Notes under the pieces: generated by a model
The model's input: the letters and a program-made list of their open reading frames with translations, nothing else
Databases searched by the model: none
What the model was told of the DNA's origin: nothing
Part shown: positions 42,761 to 54,164 of the stretch, one piece after another
Numbering within the stretch: the stretch's first letter is position 1
How the letters are laid out: every line of letters starts with the position of its first letter
Program-made: the position numbers and the translations under genes
Origin: Corallochytrium limacisporum Hawaii
Taxonomy: Eukaryota > Protista > Pluriformea
Direction: 5' to 3'
Assembly: GCA_002811645.1 (NCBI GenBank)
Contig: PDIP01000054.1
Span: 58,438 to 122,437 of the forward strand
DNA: 64,000 nucleotides

Positions 42761-43346
42761 AGGGCACAATGACGACGTCTTTGGGACATATATGGGACAC
42801 GGGCGAGAAGGACAAGGATGGGCGAGTGCGTGCTCCGGTTGAGAACCGGTTACAGACAAGCAGGTCGGGGTCCCCAGTCTGCTCAAAGGCTCGCAACAAA
42901 CGGAATATGGCAAGGGGAACGGATGGTGCTGCGTCCGCACTGTCCGTCGTCTTGAAGCGAACAGTTTCCGAAGGAGAGACACCTCCGGCGAGCACGTATC
43001 CGCAGTAGGTCTCTAAGATCGCTAGGGAGCTGGAAAGGACACGAGTGTGCTACTGATGCGTACGACTCGCTTACAATTTCTGCTCAGGAATAGATAAGGA
43101 AAGGTATTTGAGATGTCAATGACCAAATAGGAACTAGAGGATCCAGTTACTTACAAACATGGTGATCCTGATTCCGAATTCGTGATCAAGTTTGGGAGGG
43201 GAACCCGGTGTACTGTTTGATCCAATTTTGTTCCGGTAATAAGCAATTCCGCTAGTCCTGCGTAGTCTGGCTTGCAACCCGAGGTCGGATTAAAACCAAA
43301 GAGAAGTTTTTTGCGTGGCACTCGAAGGCACGACCTGAACTCCGCC

Positions 43347-44297
43347 ATGATGAACCTGCTCCTGACTCTGGCTGTTTTTGTGGTCAACATCATGGGATCG
43401 TTGGGAGAAGTTGTCCCTGTGGCACCTGATATTCCTGAGCAATTCATTACCCGTGTTGAGGCCGTCATCACTGCGAAGAGTTACTCCATGTACGGCGACG
43501 AGTATTATGACTACAAGAATCAACGCAGTCGTTTCGACTTCAACGCTCCCCACTATGGGCCGCACACTGTCCTCCTCTTTGGACCAAACAGTCCGAAGCT
43601 TCCTGGCATTACCCCTGGCTACTCCTACCACATCAACGTCACCCACTCTGGCGATTACGCCTGCGAAAAGAGCAAACTCCAAGGAGACGAATTCGACACG
43701 GACAGCCAGGGCAATCTGAAGAGCAGCGGAAACCTCTTCCGATACTCCAAGCAAGGGTTGAATTATGTTGAGACAAAGAGGAACATTCGTGGTATACCAG
43801 CAAATGTGTACGAGACCCACGTCTCGGAAACGAAAAAAGACTCTGGAAAGGACGTTGATCTGAATTTCAAGATCGATTGGTTTTTCAACAAGGAAGGGTG
43901 GTCATTGGCGGACAAAATGGATGGTCACTTCGACAACAACAAGGACATTGTACCGCTGAGGATTGTGGTGAAGGGCTCGTACACGAAAGACAAGAAGACA
44001 ACGCAATTTGAAAACTTTTACGACTACACCAGCTTCCGCGTCGTGGAACCTACGGAATCCTTCTTTACCATTGTTAGGGATGAGGGTCATGGGTGTGTGG
44101 TAACAGAAAACTACGATCACTTCCACAGTCCCAGCGGTGCCTTTGTCGCCCCTCACGGTCCAAAATCGTGCGCAGGCCTGGGCTGGGGCATGTGGTTCCT
44201 GGGTGTGTTTTGCGGTGTTGGTTCCATCGTGGGATGGGTGTGGTACAACACCCACTACCGAAGTACTTCGGGTTCCTACATGCCCCTGAATGGTTAG
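43347..44297 (+). CDS. Type I membrane protein with ependymin-related (LolA-fold-like) luminal domain
   Basis: CCGCCATG start, signal peptide, PDIPEQF...EYYDYKNQRSRFD, RGIPANVY, YDYTSF...F...C, TM (GLGWGMWFLGVFCGVGSIVGWVW), short tail with YMPL. The fold call is inference. Confidence 0.75.
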   Translation: MMNLLLTLAVFVVNIMGSLGEVVPVAPDIPEQFITRVEAVITAKSYSMYGDEYYDYKNQRSRFDFNAPHYGPHTVLLFGPNSPKLPGITPGYSYHINVTHSGDYACEKSKLQGDEFDTDSQGNLKSSGNLFRYSKQGLNYVETKRNIRGIPANVYETHVSETKKDSGKDVDLNFKIDWFFNKEGWSLADKMDGHFDNNKDIVPLRIVVKGSYTKDKKTTQFENFYDYTSFRVVEPTESFFTIVRDEGHGCVVTENYDHFHSPSGAFVAPHGPKSCAGLGWGMWFLGVFCGVGSIVGWVWYNTHYRSTSGSYMPLNG

Positions 44298-44656
44298 GTG
44301 GGTGCTTTATCTGTGGATGCTAGAGTGGTTCAATGTCGTTTGTACACCGATCATGTGTGTCGAGTGTCGTCAAAATTATTGAACATGCTGCAATCATCGA
44401 AGTCTATCAGCCTAACCATTCAATTTAATGTTAGCGAATACAATCACCTTAGCATTGTTGAAGGGCATAAGATATTGAAAGCAACACGAAAGAAGGTCAT
44501 GGGCTCTCAATCACGTCCATTACACATTCATAACACCGTCTTCGATGGCGATGACGAGAGAAATTGTGGGCTTCGTACGAGGGATCTAGCCCGCTTTACT
44601 TTTGATACACATATTACTAGGAGACGTCTACAAGTATATGGTGTGCATGACACGTT

Positions 44657-47020
44657 TCATTTCTCAGCATCCTCGAAGACGGTGCGCATCTCAGTTAATA
44701 CTTGGTCCAAGTGATTGGCAAACTTGCGGCTGTTGGTGTTCACTGCACTTTTCTTGCTGGAGATGTGGAAGTAGATCAAGGCATCACCGGCAATCATGTA
44801 GGACACACCATATCCATCGTCTGCAACGGGACCGAAACCACCGCCAGGGCTGACCCTGGCCAGGTCTCGGGGATCGGACAGGTCCCACAGGTTTGTCTGC
44901 TGTTGTGGCTGTTGAGATGTGGACAGCTTCCAGGGAAGGGACAGCGCTGATTTCAGGAAGTCAGAGTCTACCCCCATACCGCGGCTGGCAACGTAGAGCG
45001 CGAACAGGTGACGGTCCACACCCTTACCCGACATTGCGTCCCGGTAGTAGCGTTGGTGACGATCTGCTGCCTTGCGCATGAGCGCCACCTTCTCCTTCTT
45101 GCTCACCCTACTATCTTCAAAGCCTAGCACAAATGCCCGGGCTTCGTTTGTACAGGCACGTACGGTCTCTGTGCGACCTTGGCGATAAAGACGGGTCATT
45201 GAGCTTTCGTACGTCATTCCAAACTTCTGCCCCTGATCACGGTAGTAGGCGATCTGGAAGGCAAGTTGAATATATGCATCCGGAGACACTCCACACTTCT
45301 TGATAAAGCCCTTGCCGTAGTTATTGTGCTCCATGATGTACAGATCGAATTCCTCAATGGCCTTTCGGGTCTCGGCATAGGCAGCGCTAACATCATCGGC
45401 GAGGCCGGAAGAGATGGTAAACTCCAGTTCTTGTGGGGCAGGGAGAATAGTGGTCTGCTGGGCTGCAATACGAGGAATTTTGTTCTTTCCGTCCTCGTAA
45501 GCACCCTTGCGGTACTCCATGTTTACGCAGTACTCCCACATGTGAGCAATTACGGGCGCGTCAGCCCAGGAATGCTCACAGTTCAGACCGATGCGACCAT
45601 TCTTGAAGGAAACCAGAGTGATACTCTTGTCAAACCAGCGGTTTGTGCCGTCTCCGTGAATCAGCTGGTGCCCCATAGCACTTGAATCACCACTCTCGTC
45701 GTCATCGAGTGATAAGAATAGGATGCCTTTCTCGATCGCGTCCAAGGAGGATTTGTTGATGCCTTCTGAGAAGTAGTGGCGCCGGCCCTTGGCCCAAGAG
45801 TCACGGTCCCAGGCGGTGAGAGCAGCAAGTTTTCGCTGATTGTCATTTGCGGGGGGTTGTGAGTCAGCGTCATGAACGATCCAGCGCAGTTGGCGCTCAA
45901 TCTCCCAGTCAGACAGTGGGGTCTGCTTGACATCCATGTGGCAGATGGACATGTAGTAGAAACGACCCTTGTAGCGAACAGTAATATGGTTCGATTTGGC
46001 AGTGGTCCGCAGCTCGTCTTGTTCGAGGTGAGGGATACGGGTACAGCTGAACATGCGACGGTATTGGTCCATGCACATGGGGATCATGTTACGAACCATA
46101 AAGGGTTCCAGGGACTCGCTATCAATTTGGCGTTTGAACTCGAGCATGCGGGCAATAGTTTGCGCCACGCGAGCCACCTGGTCCGTCGTGGGGTGGTAAT
46201 GCTTGGAATCCATGACGTAGTAATTGGAGTTGATCATGATGGAAGTGCGACCAGCCAGGTAAACATATTTCTCCCACCAGTCTGTGACGTAATTGGATGA
46301 AATCCAGCTCTTTGCCCAGAGCAAACGGTTCAGCTTGTTGGCCTCACCACGGAGAAATTTGTTGGCCTTTTTGGCGATTTCATCATATTCTGCGTCGTTC
46401 ATCACCGGGCGCACACTCTCTAGAAAGCCGTCGACAGTTTGCTTGACAGGAGGCACAGGCAGGCCCGGCAGGGCACCCTGCAGAGAGTACAAGTACGGAT
46501 GCTTTCCCGTTACCAGCTTGAGCAGTCCACCCCAGGCGAGAGTGGCGTAGCTCTGCTTTTTTGGAGGTTCGTACATCCATCCCCGGTAGCTGAGAAGTGC
46601 GCGCATGATGTACCGTCGCACACTGGCCACCACAACAAAAAAGGCAGTTCCGCAAAGAGCGGAAAAAACACCGTCCTTGGCAAGAAGCCCGGTGCCCTGA
46701 GGCCATGGGATCAGATCACGGACGTAAAGGACATGGCTGCGCACATACTGCAGACCAGGTACCGAAAGGAAGATGCCCTGGTCACCAAAATGAGTGATCG
46801 TGAATGTGGTGGTAATTAGCGGGAGCAGTTCACGAGGACGGGCAGGCCACACACCGTTGTAAATGGCAGTGCCAGTCTCGCTAAGGTACTTTGAGACTCT
46901 GTGCTGGGCAGTCTTGACGAAATGACTCAAGGCATTGCGGTCAACGCGCACCAACAGCGCCTCGTCCGCATACGAGAACTTTAAACCCGGTGCAGAAACA
47001 GCTTGACGTGCTTCAGCCAT
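44657..47020 (-). CDS. CPT1: Carnitine O-palmitoyltransferase 1
   Basis: MAEARQAV N-terminus, LYSLQGALPGLPVP, NYVTDWWEKYVYL, RWFDKS, catalytic EHSWADAP, SPDAYIQLA, GRTETVR, GKGVDRHLF, WKLSTSQ, GGGFGPVADDGYGVSY. Confidence 0.96.
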   Translation of the reverse strand: MAEARQAVSAPGLKFSYADEALLVRVDRNALSHFVKTAQHRVSKYLSETGTAIYNGVWPARPRELLPLITTTFTITHFGDQGIFLSVPGLQYVRSHVLYVRDLIPWPQGTGLLAKDGVFSALCGTAFFVVVASVRRYIMRALLSYRGWMYEPPKKQSYATLAWGGLLKLVTGKHPYLYSLQGALPGLPVPPVKQTVDGFLESVRPVMNDAEYDEIAKKANKFLRGEANKLNRLLWAKSWISSNYVTDWWEKYVYLAGRTSIMINSNYYVMDSKHYHPTTDQVARVAQTIARMLEFKRQIDSESLEPFMVRNMIPMCMDQYRRMFSCTRIPHLEQDELRTTAKSNHITVRYKGRFYYMSICHMDVKQTPLSDWEIERQLRWIVHDADSQPPANDNQRKLAALTAWDRDSWAKGRRHYFSEGINKSSLDAIEKGILFLSLDDDESGDSSAMGHQLIHGDGTNRWFDKSITLVSFKNGRIGLNCEHSWADAPVIAHMWEYCVNMEYRKGAYEDGKNKIPRIAAQQTTILPAPQELEFTISSGLADDVSAAYAETRKAIEEFDLYIMEHNNYGKGFIKKCGVSPDAYIQLAFQIAYYRDQGQKFGMTYESSMTRLYRQGRTETVRACTNEARAFVLGFEDSRVSKKEKVALMRKAADRHQRYYRDAMSGKGVDRHLFALYVASRGMGVDSDFLKSALSLPWKLSTSQQPQQQTNLWDLSDPRDLARVSPGGGFGPVADDGYGVSYMIAGDALIYFHISSKKSAVNTNSRKFANHLDQVLTEMRTVFEDAEK

Positions 47021-48329
47021 TTTTGAGGAGCAGTTCAAGTTCCCTGTGGCTCACTTTCAAGATCTCCAGTCGGCAATATTCTTTACACGACTCAAAATCG
47101 AATGAACCCTTTGACCCTAAACCCCAAAGGTCGAAGTCCAAGAGCAGGTTGTTCTTTAACAAGAGTTAGTGCCCGGAGACGGGGGTTCATGATATATTCA
47201 GAATGGGAACTCCATCCGCCGGGTCTGAGGAGTGTCCTGTGATGTACCTCTTTGACCTTGCATACGTTCGCACCTTCCCCACATACAGAAGGATTTGGCC
47301 TGTCTGTTGTACTGTCTTTAACGCAGTTGAACAACTGTTTCACATGTCCGAGAGCTGGTCTATGCACTGCGTCCCGATGGCCCATGCGCATTGAGTGCAG
47401 GATGGCCTGGGTTCCGAAGTGAACGGCTGACCGACCCCATGACAGCCTTTCTTCGATAAAAAACGTTTGATCCGTCGTCATCAGCGGCGGGGGACCCAAC
47501 ACGCCCGGGTCCGCACAGACACGCTTCGCAAGCCTCGCCGCTGGCGGTATTTGGGTATTCACGCAGTCACACCTTACCAAAATGAGAAAAAGGGGATTTA
47601 GCCCCGGTGGTACGCAAGCAATTGTAATGCTCCTCCCAATTCTCACAACGAGAGCCTTTGTTTGAGCACACCTGCTGTTGTCATGCGCAGTCGGTTATTG
47701 CTCGTCCGCCACCAAAGGCAGCCAGCATCGAGGAAACAGGCGAACAAGAACAGCCTCCAGCCACCACAACCGCATCCTCTCCATCACACATTCATTCCGT
47801 TTCTACACCAGAACCTGGAGCCATCCAAAGACATCTACAGTATTGCTGTAGCGTATATGGTCGATTACCCTTACAGCATCGTGCAAACCTTCTCACCAAG
47901 CAGGTGGTATCGGATGTTGATCGCTGTGAAATCTGGTCCCTTGAACTGTCCTCACCCACTGAACCAGCGCAAGATGGGAGAAGCAGCCGGGCGGCAAAGA
48001 GCGGATAGGTTCGATTGCAGGACACACTATAGTAATACATGTGTACCGGTAGCGAAACGGCCGTGGTGCAAGAACTCAGCAGTAAAGGAGAGAGAAAGAA
48101 ACAGAGAGAGAGGGGTGAGTGATAGAATTCGTGACCGCTACAGTTCTTGCCCATGGCGGGTTTCTCATACCCTCGCCTGTTTCAACCACCCCGCGCAACG
48201 CAACAAAAGGGATCGGGGAGTGGTTAAGGGAGTAAACGGGTAGGTAAAGTTAAACTACTTTGCGCAGAATGTACGGTTATTTCGGTACGGCGAAGAACGC
48301 ATAGACAATCCATCCAGGCGGCAAAGATC

Positions 48330-49700
48330 ACCCCACCAGCCGAATAACAGGGCCCTCATCAGTCTCCACCGTCTTCTGCCCGTTGGAAAGGAGGTTTTTT
48401 TGGGAGTCACGCCGGGTCCGTTCGCCCGTATGGTGGTTCTACCGTATTCGGTTGGCCCGCACATGCCTGTGCACACAACCCATACCCACCTTATGTTACG
48501 CGGGGAGGCGGGGAGGCCTGGACCAGCGGGAACCGGGCGGGTCAACAGAAAAGGAGAAAAGAAAAGGGAAAACAACACACTGTGGGGACCGGGAAGAAAA
48601 GCGTTGTGGAGTTTTGCTTATGTACGTTCGCCATCTCTGCGTTGGCACAACAGTGTGAATCCTATAGCAATGCAACCCATTAAAAAGCCTGGAAAAATCA
48701 CGTGAAATACTTACAAGAGTAACACGATCGGGCGCAAAGGTGAGAACGAAAGGAACAAATATCCCAAAAGTAGTGAAGAAATAAAGGGAACTAAGGAAAG
48801 GTTTACGGCACACGAAAGAAAATGAACAGCAGCGGGTGGTTGCGGTGGGCGGCCCGGGTGAGGCCTAAGGTTCGACTCTTGCGTGTGTTGAGCAGGCGAA
48901 GAACGGTGAGCTCCTTTTTGCACCCGTCCGAGGGCACACCTAGGCTTGCCCCGTGGGGAGCGGGTGGTGTGGCAAAGTCAGAAAGTACGATCCGTTTTAG
49001 TAAATGTATAGTCATTATGTCCCTAAAATTGGTACTGTTGTGTTGTTTACACGCTCAGTTCCTTGGGCACGCCTACCCCCTGCCACAAGCCCATCCATCA
49101 CCCCGTCCGAACGCGCTCCAATACTTATCAGAACATTTAGTATGGGATAAGTGACCGTGTTCTTTGTAGGAGGTGCGGGAACCGGGAGAGCCGTTCCGTC
49201 GAGAGCCTTTTCGCAAATCAACGAAGGCCAGCGCCCCCTCCACCCCCCGGGGGGGGGACAGCGATAAGAAATTAGGCCCCGGAGAGTGGCAGCTGGGGTG
49301 TAGGGAGTCTACTTTTTAACGGACACCAGTGGTCACTGTGGATTTATTAGTTAGGGTGATCAGTTATATAGATGCGTAACTGCCCTGCCTACCATTCCCC
49401 GTATACCACCCGTTTTCCCAGGCGGCAGAAAACCCGGGAAAAAGATGGCCAACGAACACCTCCCCCGGTAAAGGGGCTAGATGGGAGAAGGACGGGGGTG
49501 CCGGACACTCTCCATCACTGGGCCCGTGAAAGTGCCACCCGCCCGCCGTTGGTGGGCATATATTTTGGCTTACCTTACCATTGATAGGAGAAACAAAGGG
49601 CAGGGCCAGGGAGCCAGGAGTCTCCATTGGCAGGGGGGGGGTTGGTTGGTTCCCGGCCAGGAGGGGGTTGGATGAAGGGCCAGCCAAGCCGGAACAACAT
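48330..49700. promoter_or_regulatory. Low-complexity island in the divergent CPT1 / YKT6 intergenic
   Basis: C6G9 (49243), GGGAGTCTACTT (49303), G9-TTGGTTGGTT (49623), A-rich tracts. Confidence 0.45.
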
Positions 49701-49993
49701 GGCGACCTTTTTCGTCACCCTATATCGCCCGACAGGCAGGTGACCAATCGTATTTACTTGTTACTTGTGAGCTGTGCGATTTTTGCTACTTAACGGATAG
49801 AATGTATGAACGACCCAATCATGTAACATATTGTCATAGTGCACGATGAGTCTACTTCTAGGGGGTCTGCAGTAAAGTGGCATTTAAAGAAACAGACAAA
49901 CTAAAAGTGCTGCAATAGTTTACGTGAAACAAGAGCACTGGGACCTTCTTGACCTTGGCTTCTCGAAGACTGACAAAATATAAATTGTAAGCC

Positions 49994-50590
49994 ATGAAAA
50001 TCCTCGGTATTGTTCTTCTGGCCCGTAACGGCCGGGTTAGCAAAACCTTGTGCTCGGCAATGGACCTGACCAGCTTCAATTACTTCCAGCGTGGTTCTAT
50101 GAAAGAATTCGTGTTGTTTGTGAGCAAGACCCTGGCAGAACGTACTCAACCGGGCACACGTCACACAGTTAAGGAACAAAAGTCGGTCTGTCACGTGCAC
50201 GTACGCAACGATGGGCTGGTTGGGGTAGTCGTCTGTGACGAAGAGTACCCGCAGAGGGTTGCGTTCAGTCTGATCGCCAAAGCCTTTGAGGGGCTGCAGG
50301 AGAAGTACCCGGGACGAAACCTGACAGAAGCACAGGAGAACAGCGTGGTCTATGACGATTTAGAGGCTCTGATGACCCGATATCAGGACCCTACACAGGC
50401 AGATCCCATGATGCAGGTGCAGAAGGAAATTGATGAGACAAAAGTTATCCTGCACGGTACGCTGGAGTCCATGCTGGAGCGGGGTGAGAAGCTCGAGAAT
50501 CTAGTCGAACGGAGTGACGCTTTGAGTATGCAGAGCAAAATGTTTTATAAGAGTGCGAAGAAGACAAATTCTTGTTGCACATTCATGTAA
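49994..50590 (+). CDS. YKT6: R-SNARE Ykt6
   Basis: Longin domain (DLTSFNYFQRGSMKEF, YPQRVAF), YQDP..ADP, LERGEKLENLV..S..LS.QSKMFYK, prenylation box CCTFM. Confidence 0.98.
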   Translation: MKILGIVLLARNGRVSKTLCSAMDLTSFNYFQRGSMKEFVLFVSKTLAERTQPGTRHTVKEQKSVCHVHVRNDGLVGVVVCDEEYPQRVAFSLIAKAFEGLQEKYPGRNLTEAQENSVVYDDLEALMTRYQDPTQADPMMQVQKEIDETKVILHGTLESMLERGEKLENLVERSDALSMQSKMFYKSAKKTNSCCTFM

Positions 50591-50735
50591 TCAAGAGTTC
50601 AAAAGACAAATGACGAGAAATTCTTTTTTGTCACATTGTATTCAATAAAGTAACGAAAAAACAAGTGTTGTCATACATGCGTGATAGAACTTCGTCGGAA
50701 ACCACCGACCACGGCCAAACCTTTGGTTGTTGGCG

Positions 50736-53700
50736 TTATCTGATCCCGTTGGTGTACCACTGGTACGTATCGTACCACTTAGTTCGACCATTGTCAAATG
50801 CGTTCACAATCAAGTCTTGGACGTGCTTTGTCATCTGTTCCTCCGTCATGTTGCGGCCGAGGCGCTGGTCCAGCGTAGTGGCGACCTCAGTGTTCTTGTC
50901 AAAGCAAGGCAAAGTTGATTCGGTCTGCATGATGTGCACAAGTGCGAGCATCTTGTCCTTGTGTTTGCGGGCAGCGAGTAGCCCTTGCAGGATCAGCGCC
51001 TGGTAGTACTTGAACATGTCACTGTCTATGCCACCAAGAAGTTCCACCATCTCTGAGGTGAGTTTGAATGGGGCTGTTTCGAAGTTGAGATTGCGTGGGC
51101 TCTTGCCCAGCAAGAAACCGAAGTCAATGTGGATCATGTGGCCGTTTCGGTCCAGAAGGATGTTGCCATTGTGGCGGTCCTTTACCTGCAGAAGGTACGT
51201 CACCAAAGAGTAAGCCGCCGCACTGCGTACAAAATTCGTCTGGGCCTCCATAAAGGGCTCAGTATTTGTCTCGCCAAACTCTTGGCAGAACCACTCGAGA
51301 AGGGTTTTGCCAGTTTGTGTCTTTAGGGAGTGCAGGGACATGGAATCCACAACGGTTTCGATCAGACCGGCATCCTTCGAGACAGACAGGACACGATATG
51401 TGTTCAACCACAGTTTTACGTCCTCCTCGTGCCAAATGTTGGCCAACTGTTGGATAAGCTGTGAGGCAAATTGTTCCTGTCGCAGATCATCGCCCGTCTT
51501 CACAATCATTGACACCAGATCCCAACCGGGAAGGTCTCCATACGGACTGCTGCGACGGATCCGCTCTCGCCGTGCCTCGTGCTTGGACTTCAGCTCTGCG
51601 CCCGACGGATCGAGCAGGGCACACTGGTCGAGGATGGAGCGATTTTGACCGCACTCTTCCTCCAAACGCTTCCTCACATCGATTGCAGTAACAACTTTCG
51701 TATCACCGATGTCCGCATTCACCAACTCCACTGACTCCCGTGTATCACTGTTTGTGTTCGTGGTGCGCGCCTTGAGGGTAAGCATGCCTTCCTCAGACTC
51801 GTAGCTAATGTCGTCCTCTCTAGCAGCCGATAGACCACCATCATCCTCTGCACCACTGTTCGCAGAGTCTCCGTTGTGCTCACCCAGTGCAGATGCTCGG
51901 GACGTGGGCACGGACAACGGAGAGGCCACGGCAGGCCGGTTGAGGTCGCCGAGGCTTCCCCGAAGGGGCGTTGCACCGCCAGCTGGACTCTCGTCGTGAC
52001 TCATGTCCCCGTCGGAATTACGCAGTGAACCGCCGGACAGAGATTGCCGGGAGGTGCTGGATCTCTCTTCGGGCAAATTGGTCTTAAAGTTGGTGGCAGG
52101 CATCACACCTTGGCGCTGACGCCGCAGCATGGCAGGCACACGCAGACGAGAACTGCTGGAAGTGGAAACAGCGCCATTGGCACCACCCAGACCCTCGATG
52201 AAATCGCCAGAAATGCTTGCGGTTTCTGAGCCGTCCATGGACTCCCGGGATAGGCTCGAAAGCATCGAAGGCGAGCGGCTAAGAGAGTGCTCTGGCCGCT
52301 TGATGGGGCAAGGGTCGTGCAAACGATTATTGACCCACTGCACCTCCACAAACACCATAATCGGCACCCGGTCCTTGGAGTTGAGGATCAACGCCTCCCT
52401 CGAAGGGATGCGAAGGACGTGGTGATGGGACTGGCGGCCTGAAAAAATGGGCAGGTAGACGTTGGACGGCAGGGACAGGTTTAGCATTTTTAGATTCGCA
52501 ATCAACTCCTGCTTGCGAGCTTCCCGTGTTGGAAACTTGACCAATTTGTAGCTAATGAACATAAGGGACCAGACGAAGCGTTCCTGGGCAAAGATAAAGT
52601 TCTCAATGGCAACCCGATCCCCACTCATTAAAATGGAATTGACGTAGAGATCAAGGGCTGCGTCACGACTGCTGTCCGTGTGTGGATCCGACTCTTTGCT
52701 GCCACTGGTCGGTATTTGAGACCGAGAGCGTTGGCGAACAGGTGATGTCAGAGTCATCTTGTCCCTACCCCTTCCCTCGTGCCGCGGCGAGCGCTCTGAT
52801 GCGGCGTGTTTGGCAAGCGGACTCGGTTCCTTATCAGGGGGACTGCCTTGCTGATGGATCAGCCCGGCCACTGACGGGGAAGACCGGGATTTGGGCAGGC
52901 TAGGACCACCATCAGACGGCTTGTCGGTTGCCGTGGGCACCGCGATTTTTTCGTCTGAGTTGTCTTTCTGGAGCGTACCTGTCGAAATTTGTGGTTGATC
53001 ACTACCACTGCTCATTTCGCGGGCCAGGGGATCGTCTACTAGGTTCTCTTTTGAAATCGGTCCTTTGCGGGATCTGATTGCAGGAGGGGTGTAGATTGTG
53101 CCACTTCCGAGGGTGCGTGCGCGTATGTGGAATCCACCTACTCCGCCGTTGACGCCACTGGGCGATCCGCGAAACGCCTTGCCTGAGCCGAGCAACAAGC
53201 CAATGCTCTGCAAGTGACCCATTGACCGCGGTAATGGCTCACCGGTTGCCACATTAATGGGAGGCAAGCTCTGGTTGCTCTTTACAAACCCGTCCTGTAG
53301 TGCTATCGGCTTGACCTTTGGAGACTGGCGCCGCTTCCATTGGTCAGTGCCCGTGCTCACCGCACGGGGCATGTTTCCTTGTAACTGAGCAGGTTTGGTC
53401 GGTGTGTCGAATGCAGAGGCAGGCTGCTGAGCGATCACCTTGCTCTCTTGTGTAGTCTGCCACATAGCCTGGTTTGTTGACTTAGCGCGCTTGTGAGAAT
53501 GAGTTCGCGGTAAAGTTAGATCCGCGATGCCGAGTACAGAAGAATTTATGCGTGTTCCTGCGTTGCTTCTATTGTCCCCAATGCTTGTGTGTAGATTATG
53601 GACATCCTCAGGCCCTTCCTCGAGTACAGGCGAGGTTATCTGTACCATATCGCCCGTGCTTCCCTTGAGATTGCCCAGATAGTCAAACTGTGCGGCCGTA

Positions 53701-54164
53701 TGCAAAATCCTGTCACGGAGCTGGGCCACCTGGGCCTTGCTGCTAATGGCCATGGGATCGCTGAGGTATGTGTCAAGCAGACATACTGTAAGGAAGGCAA
53801 TTTCCCAACTGTACGCACATAGGCAAAGCAATGTGTTTTCTACCTCACTCACGCTGAACCGTGATGATCTAACCCGTTTGATGTAGATATGCACTAATTG
53901 CGGCAAATAAAATGAAACCTCTTCGGCGGGATAGCGCAAGATTTTCTTGCACAACAGGATCTGAATCTTGCCCTCAGGATATCGTTCCAGATAATCGATG
54001 GCCATGTGACAGTCGAACAACTCCGACAGCACTAAACGAACCAGGCCTGAAGTCTTTGCCTGTTCCTGGTATTCAGGTGTGTCGATCCGTGTGAGGTGGT
54101 CCATTACGTGGGCCCCAGAAGTGACCGGGAAAGATTTCTTTTTCGGTGACCCTTTCCGCAGCAT
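50736..54164 (-). CDS. PI4KB: Phosphatidylinositol 4-kinase III beta (Pik1-like)
   Basis: FYLPQL helical domain, LNSKDRVP, SPYGDLPGWDL, IVKTGDDLRQE, KDRHNGNIL, HIDFGF, FETAPFKLT, YDTYQWYTNGI. Start uncertain (54164 or the next Met at 54104). Confidence 0.95.
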   Translation of the reverse strand: MLRKGSPKKKSFPVTSGAHVMDHLTRIDTPEYQEQAKTSGLVRLVLSELFDCHMAIDYLERYPEGKIQILLCKKILRYPAEEVSFYLPQLVHIYIKRVRSSRFSVSEVENTLLCLCAYSWEIAFLTVCLLDTYLSDPMAISSKAQVAQLRDRILHTAAQFDYLGNLKGSTGDMVQITSPVLEEGPEDVHNLHTSIGDNRSNAGTRINSSVLGIADLTLPRTHSHKRAKSTNQAMWQTTQESKVIAQQPASAFDTPTKPAQLQGNMPRAVSTGTDQWKRRQSPKVKPIALQDGFVKSNQSLPPINVATGEPLPRSMGHLQSIGLLLGSGKAFRGSPSGVNGGVGGFHIRARTLGSGTIYTPPAIRSRKGPISKENLVDDPLAREMSSGSDQPQISTGTLQKDNSDEKIAVPTATDKPSDGGPSLPKSRSSPSVAGLIHQQGSPPDKEPSPLAKHAASERSPRHEGRGRDKMTLTSPVRQRSRSQIPTSGSKESDPHTDSSRDAALDLYVNSILMSGDRVAIENFIFAQERFVWSLMFISYKLVKFPTREARKQELIANLKMLNLSLPSNVYLPIFSGRQSHHHVLRIPSREALILNSKDRVPIMVFVEVQWVNNRLHDPCPIKRPEHSLSRSPSMLSSLSRESMDGSETASISGDFIEGLGGANGAVSTSSSSRLRVPAMLRRQRQGVMPATNFKTNLPEERSSTSRQSLSGGSLRNSDGDMSHDESPAGGATPLRGSLGDLNRPAVASPLSVPTSRASALGEHNGDSANSGAEDDGGLSAAREDDISYESEEGMLTLKARTTNTNSDTRESVELVNADIGDTKVVTAIDVRKRLEEECGQNRSILDQCALLDPSGAELKSKHEARRERIRRSSPYGDLPGWDLVSMIVKTGDDLRQEQFASQLIQQLANIWHEEDVKLWLNTYRVLSVSKDAGLIETVVDSMSLHSLKTQTGKTLLEWFCQEFGETNTEPFMEAQTNFVRSAAAYSLVTYLLQVKDRHNGNILLDRNGHMIHIDFGFLLGKSPRNLNFETAPFKLTSEMVELLGGIDSDMFKYYQALILQGLLAARKHKDKMLALVHIMQTESTLPCFDKNTEVATTLDQRLGRNMTEEQMTKHVQDLIVNAFDNGRTKWYDTYQWYTNGIR

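Noticed and set aside
48865-48882. GGTTCGACTC tRNA-like loop
   Set aside because: Stem pairs poorly and there is no cloverleaf.
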